Below are positions 1 to 9,629 of a DNA stretch of 64,000 bases, one piece after another. The notes under the pieces were generated by a model. That model saw nothing but the letters and a program-made list of their open reading frames with translations. It was not told the DNA's origin and searched no databases. Source of the stretch: Candidatus Latescibacterota bacterium (lineage in GTDB: Bacteria > Latescibacterota > UBA2968 > UBA8231); NCBI GenBank assembly GCA_965242865.1, contig CBDETK010000013.1:3808001-3872000 (forward strand). Reading direction: 5' to 3'. Both the position numbers and the translations under genes were made by a program. How positions within the stretch are numbered: the first letter of the stretch is position 1; each line of letters starts with the position of its first letter.

Positions 1-2202
1 CAGGCGTCCCCCGTCTATGGATTGACCGTATCGGGGCCGGGGCTGATGCCCTACGTGGATTCCAGCTTTCGGGTGGAGGCGGTCCGAGGCCCGGTGGATA
101 TTGAGGTCGAAGTCATAGCCCGCGTTCCGCTGGCCAAGGTGGCGGCGGGTGGGCTGTTGGGCGACGTGGACAACAACGGCCGGGTCGATGTATTCGATGC
201 GCTGCTTGTCGCCGTATATAGCGTCGATACTGCCACCGTCATGCCGAACAACGGCAAGATATCGCTGGGCGATGTGAACCAAGATGGCCAGACGGACATT
301 GCCGACGCTTGGCTCATAGCCACCTACACTGTCGATCCGTCCAACCCGGACCTGCCGGTCGGAATTGGGACGCCCGTGACGGTCGGTGACAGCCGCCAGA
401 CCGTCGAGACGGTCGATTTCAGCTCAATGCCGGCATCCAATTTCTGGAACCTGCCCGAAGGGGCTCTCGCCCGCCTAGGCAAAGGGAGGGTGATGAATAC
501 AATTTTTTCGGCGAATGGCGCGTGGATGGCGGTGAGTACCTATATCGGCACTTGGCTCTACGATACCTCCACCGGAGCCGAAGTCGCGCTGATTAGATCA
601 GAGGAAGGGACTACTGTCTCAATAGCTCTGTCGTCGGATGGTTCCACCTTGGCAATGGGTGCTTTTCGGGCGGTCCAAGTATGGGATGCGGCCAGTGGGC
701 AAATAAAAATCCTCGATGGACATACTGATCAGGTCACCTCGGTAGCCCTCTCTCAGGACGGAGCTACCTTGGCCAGTTCCAGTGAAAGCAGCATGATATT
801 GTTGTGGGATACAGCCAGTGGCCAACTCAAAACCACCCTCGACGGACATAGGTATAGGGTCGTTTCGCTGGTTTTCTCGCCGGATGGAACCACCTTGGCC
901 AGTGGCAGCTCGGGTGGTGGGGTCCGGTTATGGGATGCAGCGAGCGGGCAGCCCAAGGCCGCCCTAGAGGGGCCTGGGAGTCACGGGGTCGTTTCGATGG
1001 CCTTCTCGCCGGATGGAGCCACCTTGGCCAGTTCCAATTGGGACGGCACAGTGGGCCTATGGGATATAGCCAGCGGGCAACTAAGCGGGCAACTAAAAAT
1101 CCTCGATGGTTGGTATGTGGCTAGTTCGATGGCCTTCTCGCCGGATGGAGCTACCTTGGCCAATGGCAGCATAGATGGCGAGGTCCAGTTATGGGATGTA
1201 GCCAGCGGACAACTAAAAACCACCCTCAATGGGCATTGGTCTCGGATCAATTCCTTAGCTTTTTCGCCGGATGGCTCCACTCTGGCCATTGCCAGTGAGG
1301 ATGGGACGGCGGGCCTGTGGGATCTGGCGAACGGCCTATTCAAGACCATCCTCGAAGAAGATACTCGTGGAGTCTATTCCTTAGCTTTTTCGCCGGATGG
1401 CTCCACTCTGGGCAGTTCCAATTGGGACGGCACAGTGGGCCTGTGGGATCTGGCGAACGGCCTATTCAAGGTCCTCGGCGAGTATGCGGACGACGACCCT
1501 CCGTTGGCTTTTTCCCCGGACGGGGCCACCTTGGCAAGTGGCTTTTTCGGGATGGTTCGGTTGTGGGATACGGCTAGCGGCCAAGTGCAGGACACTTGGC
1601 CGGGACATACGCGCTTGGTCAGTTCGGTGGTTTTCTCGTCGGATTGCACCATCCTCGCTAGTGGTAGCTGGGACGGCACGATTCGGTTATGGGATGTGGC
1701 TGGCAGCCAGCTTAAAACCATCCTCGAGAATCCGGGTGGTGTGGTCTTTTCCCTAGCGTTCTCCCCAGATGGGTCCATCCTAGCCAGCGGCAGTGATGGC
1801 ACGGTTCAGTTATGGGATGTGGCGAGCAACCAACTCAGGATCACCCTCGAAGGGCATACTTACTGGGTCTATTCCGTGGCGTTCTCTCCGGACGGGTCCA
1901 CGCTAGCCAGTGGCAGTCGGGACGGCACGATTCGATTGTGGGACGCGACCAGCGGCCAACTCAAAAAAATCCTTGGGCATTCAGGTCCGGTCTATTCCGT
2001 GGCGTTCTCTCCGGACGGGTTCACCCTAGCCAGTGGCCGCGGCAGGTCGATTCAGTTCTGGGATGTAGCTAGCGGTCAACTTAAAAAATCCTTGAGGGGG
2101 CATGGTAATGCGGTTAATTCCGTATCGTATGCGCCATCTGGGGCCATCTTGGCCAGTGCCAGTTTCGACGGCACGATACTGGTGTGGGATGCGACCCCCT
2201 AA
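1..2202 (+). CDS. WD40-repeat beta-propeller protein with dockerin-like domain (5' truncated by window)
   Basis: Frame is open from base 1. Paired dockerin loops GDVDNNGRVDVFDA / GDVNQDGQTDIADA, then about 13 'AFSPDGxTLASGSxDGTVxLWD' repeats. Confidence 0.9.
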   Translation, partial: QASPVYGLTVSGPGLMPYVDSSFRVEAVRGPVDIEVEVIARVPLAKVAAGGLLGDVDNNGRVDVFDALLVAVYSVDTATVMPNNGKISLGDVNQDGQTDIADAWLIATYTVDPSNPDLPVGIGTPVTVGDSRQTVETVDFSSMPASNFWNLPEGALARLGKGRVMNTIFSANGAWMAVSTYIGTWLYDTSTGAEVALIRSEEGTTVSIALSSDGSTLAMGAFRAVQVWDAASGQIKILDGHTDQVTSVALSQDGATLASSSESSMILLWDTASGQLKTTLDGHRYRVVSLVFSPDGTTLASGSSGGGVRLWDAASGQPKAALEGPGSHGVVSMAFSPDGATLASSNWDGTVGLWDIASGQLSGQLKILDGWYVASSMAFSPDGATLANGSIDGEVQLWDVASGQLKTTLNGHWSRINSLAFSPDGSTLAIASEDGTAGLWDLANGLFKTILEEDTRGVYSLAFSPDGSTLGSSNWDGTVGLWDLANGLFKVLGEYADDDPPLAFSPDGATLASGFFGMVRLWDTASGQVQDTWPGHTRLVSSVVFSSDCTILASGSWDGTIRLWDVAGSQLKTILENPGGVVFSLAFSPDGSILASGSDGTVQLWDVASNQLRITLEGHTYWVYSVAFSPDGSTLASGSRDGTIRLWDATSGQLKKILGHSGPVYSVAFSPDGFTLASGRGRSIQFWDVASGQLKKSLRGHGNAVNSVSYAPSGAILASASFDGTILVWDATP

Positions 2203-2222
2203 TGAAAGGGAGACCTATTCTG

Positions 2223-4532
2223 ATGATGCAAAAGACTTGGTTGTTTGTCCTGCTCGGCTTGGTGGGGAGCGTCCTGTGGAGTCCGAATGCGGCATCGCCT
2301 GAGCTGCCGGCAGCGAAACCATTCAAAACCTTGGGAAAGGGGAGAGCGACGGCTGCGGCTCTTTCGCTAGACAGAACTCAACTAGCGGTAGGCACCGATG
2401 ACGAAATTTTCCTCTACGATACTCAGACCGGAGCCGAGGTCGCTAGGGTTCCGGCAAGATACATTGGTTCCCTCGTCTATTCGCCAGATGGCTCTATTCT
2501 GGTCAGTAAAAGCGCTTATGCGCTGTATGATGATTATGAAGACGAGTCTAAGGTGAGGTTGCGGGATACATCCAATGGGCAACTGATAGCCGAATTCGAT
2601 GTAGATCAAAGTATACGCCAAATTAATTTCTCCCCAGACGGAACTATCTTGGGGATCCGGTATGGAGGTCGGCAGTTTGACAAGGAGATTGGTCTATGGA
2701 ATATACCGAGCGCACAAAGAAAGCCCGCTCCCGTGCTATCTGGAAGTGCCTTCGCCTTTTCGCCAGACGGCGTAACCTTGGCGGTGGCCGCAGTGGGTTT
2801 ACCTTCGGTCAAAACTTTGTTTCTTTTGTGGGATATGAGCAACTGGGAACTATCCACCTTTGAAGGAGGAAGAGAAAAACCCTATATAATGGCGTTTTCA
2901 CCCGACGGGACCACCTTGGCGGTCGTTACGAATCCTAACCGCCCAGCGGACTCGTATAATACATCGAGTGTTACTCTGTATGATGTAGCAAGCGGTCAAA
3001 TCAAGGATGCCCTGAAATTTCCAGATCACCGCGTCCTGTCGTTAAGCTTTTCCCCGGATGGGCTACGGCTAGCCGGCAAGAGAGAAGGACCGGGAAGCAC
3101 TTTCTGGGTGTGGGATATGGAGAGTGCCGAAGTCAAAAATGTACTCGGATTGGATGATTGGGCATGGTTCCGTCCGGGAGCTCTTTTTTTAAGTGAGAAT
3201 GTTGGGTTTTGGGATGTGGACAATGGTAAAGAAAAAATCATCCACAGAACGGAGCACCAAACCGCGATCACCTTCTCTCATGACGGTTCTATCTTTGCCA
3301 CTGCCGAGTCTACGCGAAACGATGAGAATGGTAGGGGAGCCATGTTTGTGAAGCTGTGGGATACTCACAGTTGGCAGTTGAAGACTACTCTGAGTGTTCC
3401 CATATCATCGCGGATTGATGAATTGGCTTTCTCATACGACGGAACCACCTTGACCGCCAGCCAACCTTTTGTTGGGGCGTGGTTGTGGGATACGGCCACC
3501 GGTGAAATTAAGACCGCACTAACGAAGGATAGCGATGAGTATGGATATTGGGAGCGACAATTCCGGGCTTTGTCTCCTGATGGAGCTTTCGTACTCGTGG
3601 GCGATTCTGAAACAACGACCTTAGAATTGTGGGATATTGATAAAGGAGAGATCAAGGCCACGTTTGAAGGGAATCGTTTTCTTCGGAATCCCGTACTACA
3701 TGACTCTAAGTTGGCTTATGGAAGAGATGGAACAGTCGTGCTGTGGGATTTTCTGAATGGCCAACTCATAGATACCATAGAAAGGAGTAGATTCTACGGT
3801 TATGTTTCCCTGATGTCGTTTTCCCCAAATGGAGAGACCATAGCCTGTTCCTATAATGATAATCGTGTTCTTCTGTGGGATGCGACCCCGGGAGAGCACA
3901 CTCGGCATAAGGCCACCTTTTATGGCCACTCAGACCATACACCGGATAATGTTCCAGTAAGACTCACATCCTTGAAATTTTCGCCGGATGGATTCATCCT
4001 CGCCGCCGGTGGTTATGGTCCCGATTGGAGTGGTAAGATTTGGTTTTGGGATGTGACTGGTGAGGGAACGAGGAAGGATCACATTGCCACTATCGAGACA
4101 TACGGGAGAACAGTTGATGCCCTAGAATTCTCTCCAGATAATGCTACCTTAGCGAGTCTCGGTTCCAGCGGAGTAACATTGCTGTGGGATATGTCGCGGA
4201 GCAACATACCGACAGTCGCGGAAGAAGAGATCGCGGCAACGCCGGGACTGCCGACGCGGACGGTTCTACAGGCGAACTACCCCAACCCCTTCAACAGCAC
4301 CACCCAGCTCCCCTACCGCTTGGCCGCGCCCGGCCCGGTTCGGCTGGTGATCTACAATACTCTCGGGCAGCCGGTGCGCATCCTAGTGGACGAGTTCCAA
4401 GCTGTAGGTAGATACCAAGTCCAGTGGGATGGCCGCGACCAGTATGGCTCGGCGGTGGCAGCAGGAGTCTATGTCGGACGCCTGCATTTTCCCGGTGAGG
4501 TGCAGACCCGGCGGATGCTCTACCTCAAGTGA
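2223..4532 (+). CDS. Secreted WD40-repeat protein with C-terminal FlgD-Ig/T9SS-like sorting domain
   Basis: GGGAG SD before ATG 2223 (ATG 2202 is an alternative). Signal peptide, FSPDG...LWD repeats, C-terminal 'NYPNPFN...IYNTLGQ...WDGRD...GVY...RRMLYLK'. Confidence 0.88.
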   Translation: MMQKTWLFVLLGLVGSVLWSPNAASPELPAAKPFKTLGKGRATAAALSLDRTQLAVGTDDEIFLYDTQTGAEVARVPARYIGSLVYSPDGSILVSKSAYALYDDYEDESKVRLRDTSNGQLIAEFDVDQSIRQINFSPDGTILGIRYGGRQFDKEIGLWNIPSAQRKPAPVLSGSAFAFSPDGVTLAVAAVGLPSVKTLFLLWDMSNWELSTFEGGREKPYIMAFSPDGTTLAVVTNPNRPADSYNTSSVTLYDVASGQIKDALKFPDHRVLSLSFSPDGLRLAGKREGPGSTFWVWDMESAEVKNVLGLDDWAWFRPGALFLSENVGFWDVDNGKEKIIHRTEHQTAITFSHDGSIFATAESTRNDENGRGAMFVKLWDTHSWQLKTTLSVPISSRIDELAFSYDGTTLTASQPFVGAWLWDTATGEIKTALTKDSDEYGYWERQFRALSPDGAFVLVGDSETTTLELWDIDKGEIKATFEGNRFLRNPVLHDSKLAYGRDGTVVLWDFLNGQLIDTIERSRFYGYVSLMSFSPNGETIACSYNDNRVLLWDATPGEHTRHKATFYGHSDHTPDNVPVRLTSLKFSPDGFILAAGGYGPDWSGKIWFWDVTGEGTRKDHIATIETYGRTVDALEFSPDNATLASLGSSGVTLLWDMSRSNIPTVAEEEIAATPGLPTRTVLQANYPNPFNSTTQLPYRLAAPGPVRLVIYNTLGQPVRILVDEFQAVGRYQVQWDGRDQYGSAVAAGVYVGRLHFPGEVQTRRMLYLK

Positions 4533-4564
4533 GTACCGAAGAGTTTACCCTCTAGGACTGCTAT

Positions 4565-7500
4565 ATGAACCTCACCCAAATCGTCTTAAAAAACAACCGC
4601 GTCACCATCGTGGCCTTGGTCGTCGTCGTGCTGCTGGGCTTGGCCGGCTATCAGACGATGCCACGCGACAGCATGCCCCCGTACACCGTCCGCGTCGCTT
4701 CAGTGGTGACTAGCTTCCCCGGCGCGGGTCCCGAGCGCGTCGAAGCCCTGATCACCAGCAAGATCGAAGAGGTCGCACAAGAATTGCCCGAACTGAAAAC
4801 CGTCACCAGCGAATCGCGGACCGGGCTGTCGGTCGTTTCGGTCGAGCTCAAACAGGCAGTGCGGCCGGACGAACTCCAAGCAGTATGGGACCGATTGCGC
4901 CGCAAAATCGAGACCATTCGCTCGGATTTGCCCGACGACATCAATGGCCCCGAGGTCAAGGACGATGGGATCGGCGTGGTGTACGGCATTGTGATCGGCC
5001 TAACGGGAGATGGTTTCACCTTTGCCGAACTCAAGACTTACGCCCAAGACCTGCGCGACGACCTGATCAAACTACCCGACGCGGCCTCGGTAAAAATAAG
5101 CGGCATCCAAGCAGAGCGAATCTACCTGCAATTCAACGACGCCCGGCTGGCCGAACTGGGCCTTTCGGCCCAAAAGATCAAGAACAGCATCGCCAGTACC
5201 AACATCGTTTTTTCCGGCGGTGAGGTGAGCTTAGAGGATGAACGCCTCGTGATCGAGCCGACCGGCAGTTACGCCGATCTGGAAGCTCTGGGGAGGACGT
5301 TGATCGAGGTGGGCAAGGGCGGCAGCGTGTCCCTCGGCGATATAACCCGCATCGTGCGAGCTTATGAAACCCCGCAACAGCACCTAGTTAAAATCAACGG
5401 TCAGCCCGGGCTGTCGCTCTCGGTGGCACTCAGCGAAGGGGCCAATATCATCAAGTTGGGCCGGGAGCTGGACCAACTCGTAGCCCTCCATCAAGCGCGC
5501 TTGCCTTTGGGGATAACCTTCAACCGAGTGGCCTCGCAAGATTTTGAGGTCGAGAAATCGGTTGCCAACTTCACCAACAATCTCTTGCAAAGCGTCGCCA
5601 TTGTGCTGTTGTCCATGCTGCTTTTTTTAGGGCTGCGCACCGGCCTAGTGGTGGCGAGCCTCATTCCCATGACCATTATCGCAACCCTTTTCGTCATGGG
5701 CTTGCTCGATATTGGTCTCAACCAAGTGTCGCTGGCCGCGCTGATCATGGCACTGGGCATGTTGGTGGATAATGCCATCGTGGTGTCCGAAGCGATTGTG
5801 GTCAAGATGGAGAAGGGGGCCGACGCCCAAGCGGCCGCCATTGAATCGGCGCGGGAGCTGGCCGTACCGCTCCTAGTCTCTTCGCTGACCACTTCCGCCG
5901 CTTTCTTGTCCTTCTTTTTAGCCGAGTCCATCATGGGCGAGATCGTGGGGCCGCTTTTCAGTGTGATTTCCATCGCCCTGCTCGCTTCTTGGTTGCTCTC
6001 CCTAACCATGGTGGCTTTGCTGGCGGTGTTTTTCATTCGGGTGAAACGGCCGGCCTCTCAAGGGCAAAGCACCGTTATCGAGCGTCTCAACGGCCAATAC
6101 AAAGGGTTGCTCCTCAAGGCCCTTAAGCGCCCCTATTCATTCACGGCGCTCATCGCTGGTTTGTTTGTTTTGTCGCTTTTTGGCTTTGGTTTTTTGCCGT
6201 TCATCTTTTTTCCCGACAGCGAACGCAACCTGTTGACAATAGATCTGAACTTGCCCTTGGGCACCAAAATTGAGACGACGGCCGCTCGGGTAGAACGGCT
6301 CGAATCGCATATTGCGGATAGCCTCTTGGTGAACCCACAACGGCGGCGCGGAGTAACGGACTGGGCGACCTTTGTCGGCGAAGGCCCGCCCTCCTACGAC
6401 CAAGGTTATCAGCCGGGCGAAGCCAATTCCGGGTATGCTCACCTGCTGCTCAATACCAGTTCGGGCGACGACAACCAGTGGGTGATGGACCGCCTAGATG
6501 CCTTTTGCTTCCGCTCCTTTCCAGACGCCGAGATCCGGGTTTCAACGTTGGCCGGAGGCGGGGGCGGAGGAGCGGATGTGGCCGTGCGGATAATAGGGCC
6601 GGACCCCAACGAACTGTTTGCCCTCGCCGAGCGCGTCAAGCAAAAACTCAACGAGCTACCCAGTACGCAGAATATCGGCGACGATTGGGGGCCTAAGATC
6701 AAAAAAGTCGCCGTTGACATCGACCAGTCCAAGACCCAGAATGCCGGCCTAACCAACCAAGATATCGCCCTTTCGCTGCAGGTCGGGCTGGCGGGCTTCA
6801 ATGCGGGTGCTTTCCGCGAGGGCGACCAGAGCATCCCCATTGTCCTGCGCAACGAAAGCAGTCAGAACGTCGATGTGCGCCAACTGGAGAGCATCAACAT
6901 CTACGCCCAAGGATCGGGCAAAAACGTGCCCCTAGGACAAGTGGCGCAGATTGTGCCCCAGTGGCAACTCGCCAAGATCAAACGGCGCGGTCTGTACCGC
7001 ACTTTGACCGTGACCTGCGATGCCAAAAGTGGTTTTACGGCGCGGGATGTCACCGACGCGCTCATCGCGTACCTCGACCAAGACAGCAAGTCTTGGAAGC
7101 AGGGCTATCGCTACGAGTTGGGCGGCGAGTCCGAGCAGAGCGGCGAGTCTATGGGCGCGGTTTTCGCCAAGCTGCCGCTATCCGGCTTTATCATTTTGCT
7201 GCTGTTGATCGTTCAGTTCAACTCCTTCCGCAAGACCTGTATCGTGTTGAGCACGATTCCGCTCGGCCTGATCGGGGTTGTCGCCGGATTGCTCCTCTTC
7301 CGCTCGTCTTTTGGTTTTTTCGCCTTTCTTGGATTGATCTCGTTGGCCGGTATCGTTATCAACAATGCTATCGTGCTCTTAGACCGCATACAGATCGAAC
7401 TGGATCAATCTGGCGAAAAGCCCATAGAAGCGATTGTCGCGGCCGCGCAGCAGCGATTTCGTCCCATCTTGCTAACCACCTGCACGACGACGCTGGGGCT

Positions 7501-7639
7501 TGTTCCCCTCTACTTGGGTGGCGGGCTGATGTGGGAGCCGATGGCAGTGGCCATCATGGTGGGCTTGCTCTTTGCCACTGTGATCACCTTGCTGTTCGTG
7601 CCGGTGCTCTACAAAATTCTCTTTGCGGTCAAAAACTGA
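4565..7639 (+). CDS. RND efflux transporter permease subunit (AcrB/AcrD/AcrF family)
   Basis: 1024 aa with 12-TM pattern; GMLVDNAIVVSE, GIVINNAIVLLD and RFRPILLTT motifs. Confidence 0.95.
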   Translation: MNLTQIVLKNNRVTIVALVVVVLLGLAGYQTMPRDSMPPYTVRVASVVTSFPGAGPERVEALITSKIEEVAQELPELKTVTSESRTGLSVVSVELKQAVRPDELQAVWDRLRRKIETIRSDLPDDINGPEVKDDGIGVVYGIVIGLTGDGFTFAELKTYAQDLRDDLIKLPDAASVKISGIQAERIYLQFNDARLAELGLSAQKIKNSIASTNIVFSGGEVSLEDERLVIEPTGSYADLEALGRTLIEVGKGGSVSLGDITRIVRAYETPQQHLVKINGQPGLSLSVALSEGANIIKLGRELDQLVALHQARLPLGITFNRVASQDFEVEKSVANFTNNLLQSVAIVLLSMLLFLGLRTGLVVASLIPMTIIATLFVMGLLDIGLNQVSLAALIMALGMLVDNAIVVSEAIVVKMEKGADAQAAAIESARELAVPLLVSSLTTSAAFLSFFLAESIMGEIVGPLFSVISIALLASWLLSLTMVALLAVFFIRVKRPASQGQSTVIERLNGQYKGLLLKALKRPYSFTALIAGLFVLSLFGFGFLPFIFFPDSERNLLTIDLNLPLGTKIETTAARVERLESHIADSLLVNPQRRRGVTDWATFVGEGPPSYDQGYQPGEANSGYAHLLLNTSSGDDNQWVMDRLDAFCFRSFPDAEIRVSTLAGGGGGGADVAVRIIGPDPNELFALAERVKQKLNELPSTQNIGDDWGPKIKKVAVDIDQSKTQNAGLTNQDIALSLQVGLAGFNAGAFREGDQSIPIVLRNESSQNVDVRQLESINIYAQGSGKNVPLGQVAQIVPQWQLAKIKRRGLYRTLTVTCDAKSGFTARDVTDALIAYLDQDSKSWKQGYRYELGGESEQSGESMGAVFAKLPLSGFIILLLLIVQFNSFRKTCIVLSTIPLGLIGVVAGLLLFRSSFGFFAFLGLISLAGIVINNAIVLLDRIQIELDQSGEKPIEAIVAAAQQRFRPILLTTCTTTLGLVPLYLGGGLMWEPMAVAIMVGLLFATVITLLFVPVLYKILFAVKN

Positions 7640-7659
7640 CCGCTGGCCCCCAATCGCTC

Positions 7660-7740
7660 ATGCGCTTCTTCAACACCGCCGGTCCCATCAAGTCCGCCCG
7701 CCACTACGCCATACCGCCGCTGGAACGTTTGGACCTCAAG
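7660..7740 (+). pseudogene. N-terminal remnant of an AAA-type ATPase gene
   Basis: MRFFNTAGPIKSARHYAIPPLERLDL resembles the N-terminus of a widespread P-loop ATPase family (recalled, not searched). Sequence switches to unrelated DNA at about 7740. Confidence 0.6.
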
Positions 7741-8066
7741 GCGAACACCCCGAGAGGGAGTGCCAACTCCAACCCCCAGCGCGGCGATGCCGTCCGATCC
7801 GCTACCACCACCAATCCGGCCGCTGTCCACAGAAGATAATCCAACCCGTCCAGTCCGTTCGAGGGGACGACCCACTCGCGGAATACCTCGCCGATCTGGC
7901 ACAGCCCATCGGATAGAGACTGCCCGGACTTGCCGCGTCTCGCGGTCAGGGCCCCGGAGACCGTCCAGTTGTGCGCCAGCACTCCCGCGAGGGGCAAGGA
8001 TGAGACGGCCCCAAATACGATGATGTCTTTCAACCGGGCGGCCAGCGGCGGGGTGCGGCGCACCAG
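7740..8066 (-). pseudogene. Internal fragment of the GT-C membrane protein paralog family found at 56.6-64 kb
   Basis: VRRTPPLAARLKDIIVFGAVSSLPLAGVLAHNWTVSG... aligns directly with 56850-57225 (VRRKPPLAARLKDAVVFGAISSLPLAGVMTRNWAVSG). Confidence 0.9.
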
Positions 8067-8089
8067 TAAAATGCGAACTTAAAGCAGGG

Positions 8090-8102
8090 GTCGTGTACTT
8101 AG
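8090..8102. repeat. Solo terminal repeat of the MITE-like element
   Basis: GTCGTGTACTTAG is the reverse complement of CTAAGTACACGAC, matching the ends at 19071 and 52797. Confidence 0.6.
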
Positions 8103-8115
8103 GCTGCGACCGCAG

Positions 8116-8769
8116 CTAGTACATGTGCGGCTGCACGGCGAGGGCGAGCGACGCTTCAATGTCCCAGATGGCCTTTGTCACCTCTTGGCCAATCAAGTCC
8201 AGCTTGCGCACCTGTTCGATGCGTCCGGTCGCCCGGTCTAGCTCGCGGTTGGCCAAGAGCTTTTCGAAAATTCCACAGGCATCTGCCAAGCAGATAATGA
8301 CCACGTCGCGGGGGTCGGGAATTTTATCGCTGAACAGCACCTCCATGATGCGCAACTTGACCTCTAGCTCGGCCTTGCCATCGATGGCCGGATAGCGCCG
8401 CGAGCGAAATACCCACAGGAAGCGCTCATCCTCGCGTGCGAGAATGCCTTTCTGCACCAGCCGGCGGAGCGATCCCTCGCGGATGTCGTCGGCGCGCTCG
8501 GCCGCGTACTCTAGCCAGTACCGGGTATCGTGCGTCTGGGTCGCTGCGGCAATGGTGCTTAGCATTGGGTCGAGCAGGCTATCTTGCAGGGGCGTGCTAT
8601 CGACGAGAGTCAGCTTATTCAGGTCGGTGTCTATGCGGTCTTCGAGCGCCAGTTCCATCAGGACCCCGCCGCCCAAGGCGTAGCGCACCAACCGGTCGGA
8701 TACTCGGGCAAAGCTCCCATCCTCGTCGTCGAGCAAAAGAAGCATGATTTCTTCGGTAAATCTCAGCAT
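8116..8769 (-). CDS. GPP34/GOLPH3 (Vps74) family protein
   Basis: EEIMLLLLDD...GGVLMELALEDRI...LVQKGIL...FLWVFRSRRYP family signature. Confidence 0.85.
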   Translation of the reverse strand: MLRFTEEIMLLLLDDEDGSFARVSDRLVRYALGGGVLMELALEDRIDTDLNKLTLVDSTPLQDSLLDPMLSTIAAATQTHDTRYWLEYAAERADDIREGSLRRLVQKGILAREDERFLWVFRSRRYPAIDGKAELEVKLRIMEVLFSDKIPDPRDVVIICLADACGIFEKLLANRELDRATGRIEQVRKLDLIGQEVTKAIWDIEASLALAVQPHMY

Positions 8770-8813
8770 ATCGTTCTCCTTTTAGACCCGGTGGTTGTGA
8801 AGTTCGTCGGCGT

Positions 8814-9629
8814 TCATTCTGCGGGAGAGCTGGCTTCACTGCTGCGGCGACGCAGCCATTCTACCGTAAACAGAACCAAGACAGCAAACGCGATGAGAAA
8901 CGTCGCCACCGCCAGGATGGTGGGGCTGATTTGCTCGCGAATGCCCGCCCACATCTGCCGCGGGATGGTTCGCTGCTCCAAGCCGCCCATAAACAGAACC
9001 ACCACGACCTCGTCGAAGGAGGCGGCAAAGGCGAACAACCCCCCGGACGCAACCCCGGGCGCGATGAGCGGCAACTGTACGCGCCAGAAGCTCCGCAGCG
9101 GCCCCGCGCCGAGGCTGGCTGCGGCCCGCATCAAGTTCGGGTCAAAACCCGACAACGTGGCGGTTACGGTGATCACCACAAACGGGACCCCAAGCACGGC
9201 GTGGGCGAGGATTATGCCGAGGTGGGTCTGAGCCAACCCGAGGCTGGAGTAAAAGAAAAACATCCCCACCGCCGAGATGATGACCGGCGTGATCAGCGGC
9301 GAGATCAGCAGCCCCATCACGGTCTTCTGAGCGGGCATGGCCGAATTCGCCAGCCCGAGGGCCGCTAGGGTGCCCAGCGAGGTCGCGAGCAAGGTCGCCG
9401 AAATGCCGATGATCACGCTGTTGACTAAGGCGCGAGCCCAGACGCCGTCTTCGACGATGCTGCGATACCAACGCAGCGAGTACGCGTCCGGGTCGAGGCG
9501 CAGCATGCCCTCGGTAAACGTGAAATACGGCTCGGCGTTGAAGCTGAGGGGTACGATCACCAAAATCGGCGCGACCAAAAAGACAAATACGGCCGTGCAA
9601 AACGCGAGGTAAATCCAGCGCCCAAGCAT
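8814..9629 (-). CDS. Polyamine-type ABC transporter permease (PotC-like)
   Basis: ATG at 9629 overlaps the upstream TGA. Contains APILVIVPLSF, EAA-like loop RAAASLGAG and SFDEVVV. Confidence 0.9.
   Translation of the reverse strand: MLGRWIYLAFCTAVFVFLVAPILVIVPLSFNAEPYFTFTEGMLRLDPDAYSLRWYRSIVEDGVWARALVNSVIIGISATLLATSLGTLAALGLANSAMPAQKTVMGLLISPLITPVIISAVGMFFFYSSLGLAQTHLGIILAHAVLGVPFVVITVTATLSGFDPNLMRAAASLGAGPLRSFWRVQLPLIAPGVASGGLFAFAASFDEVVVVLFMGGLEQRTIPRQMWAGIREQISPTILAVATFLIAFAVLVLFTVEWLRRRSSEASSPAE

Noticed and set aside
600-2190. Roughly 126-bp periodic repeats as a CRISPR array
   Set aside because: They are in-frame coding WD40 repeats with no unique spacers and no cas genes.
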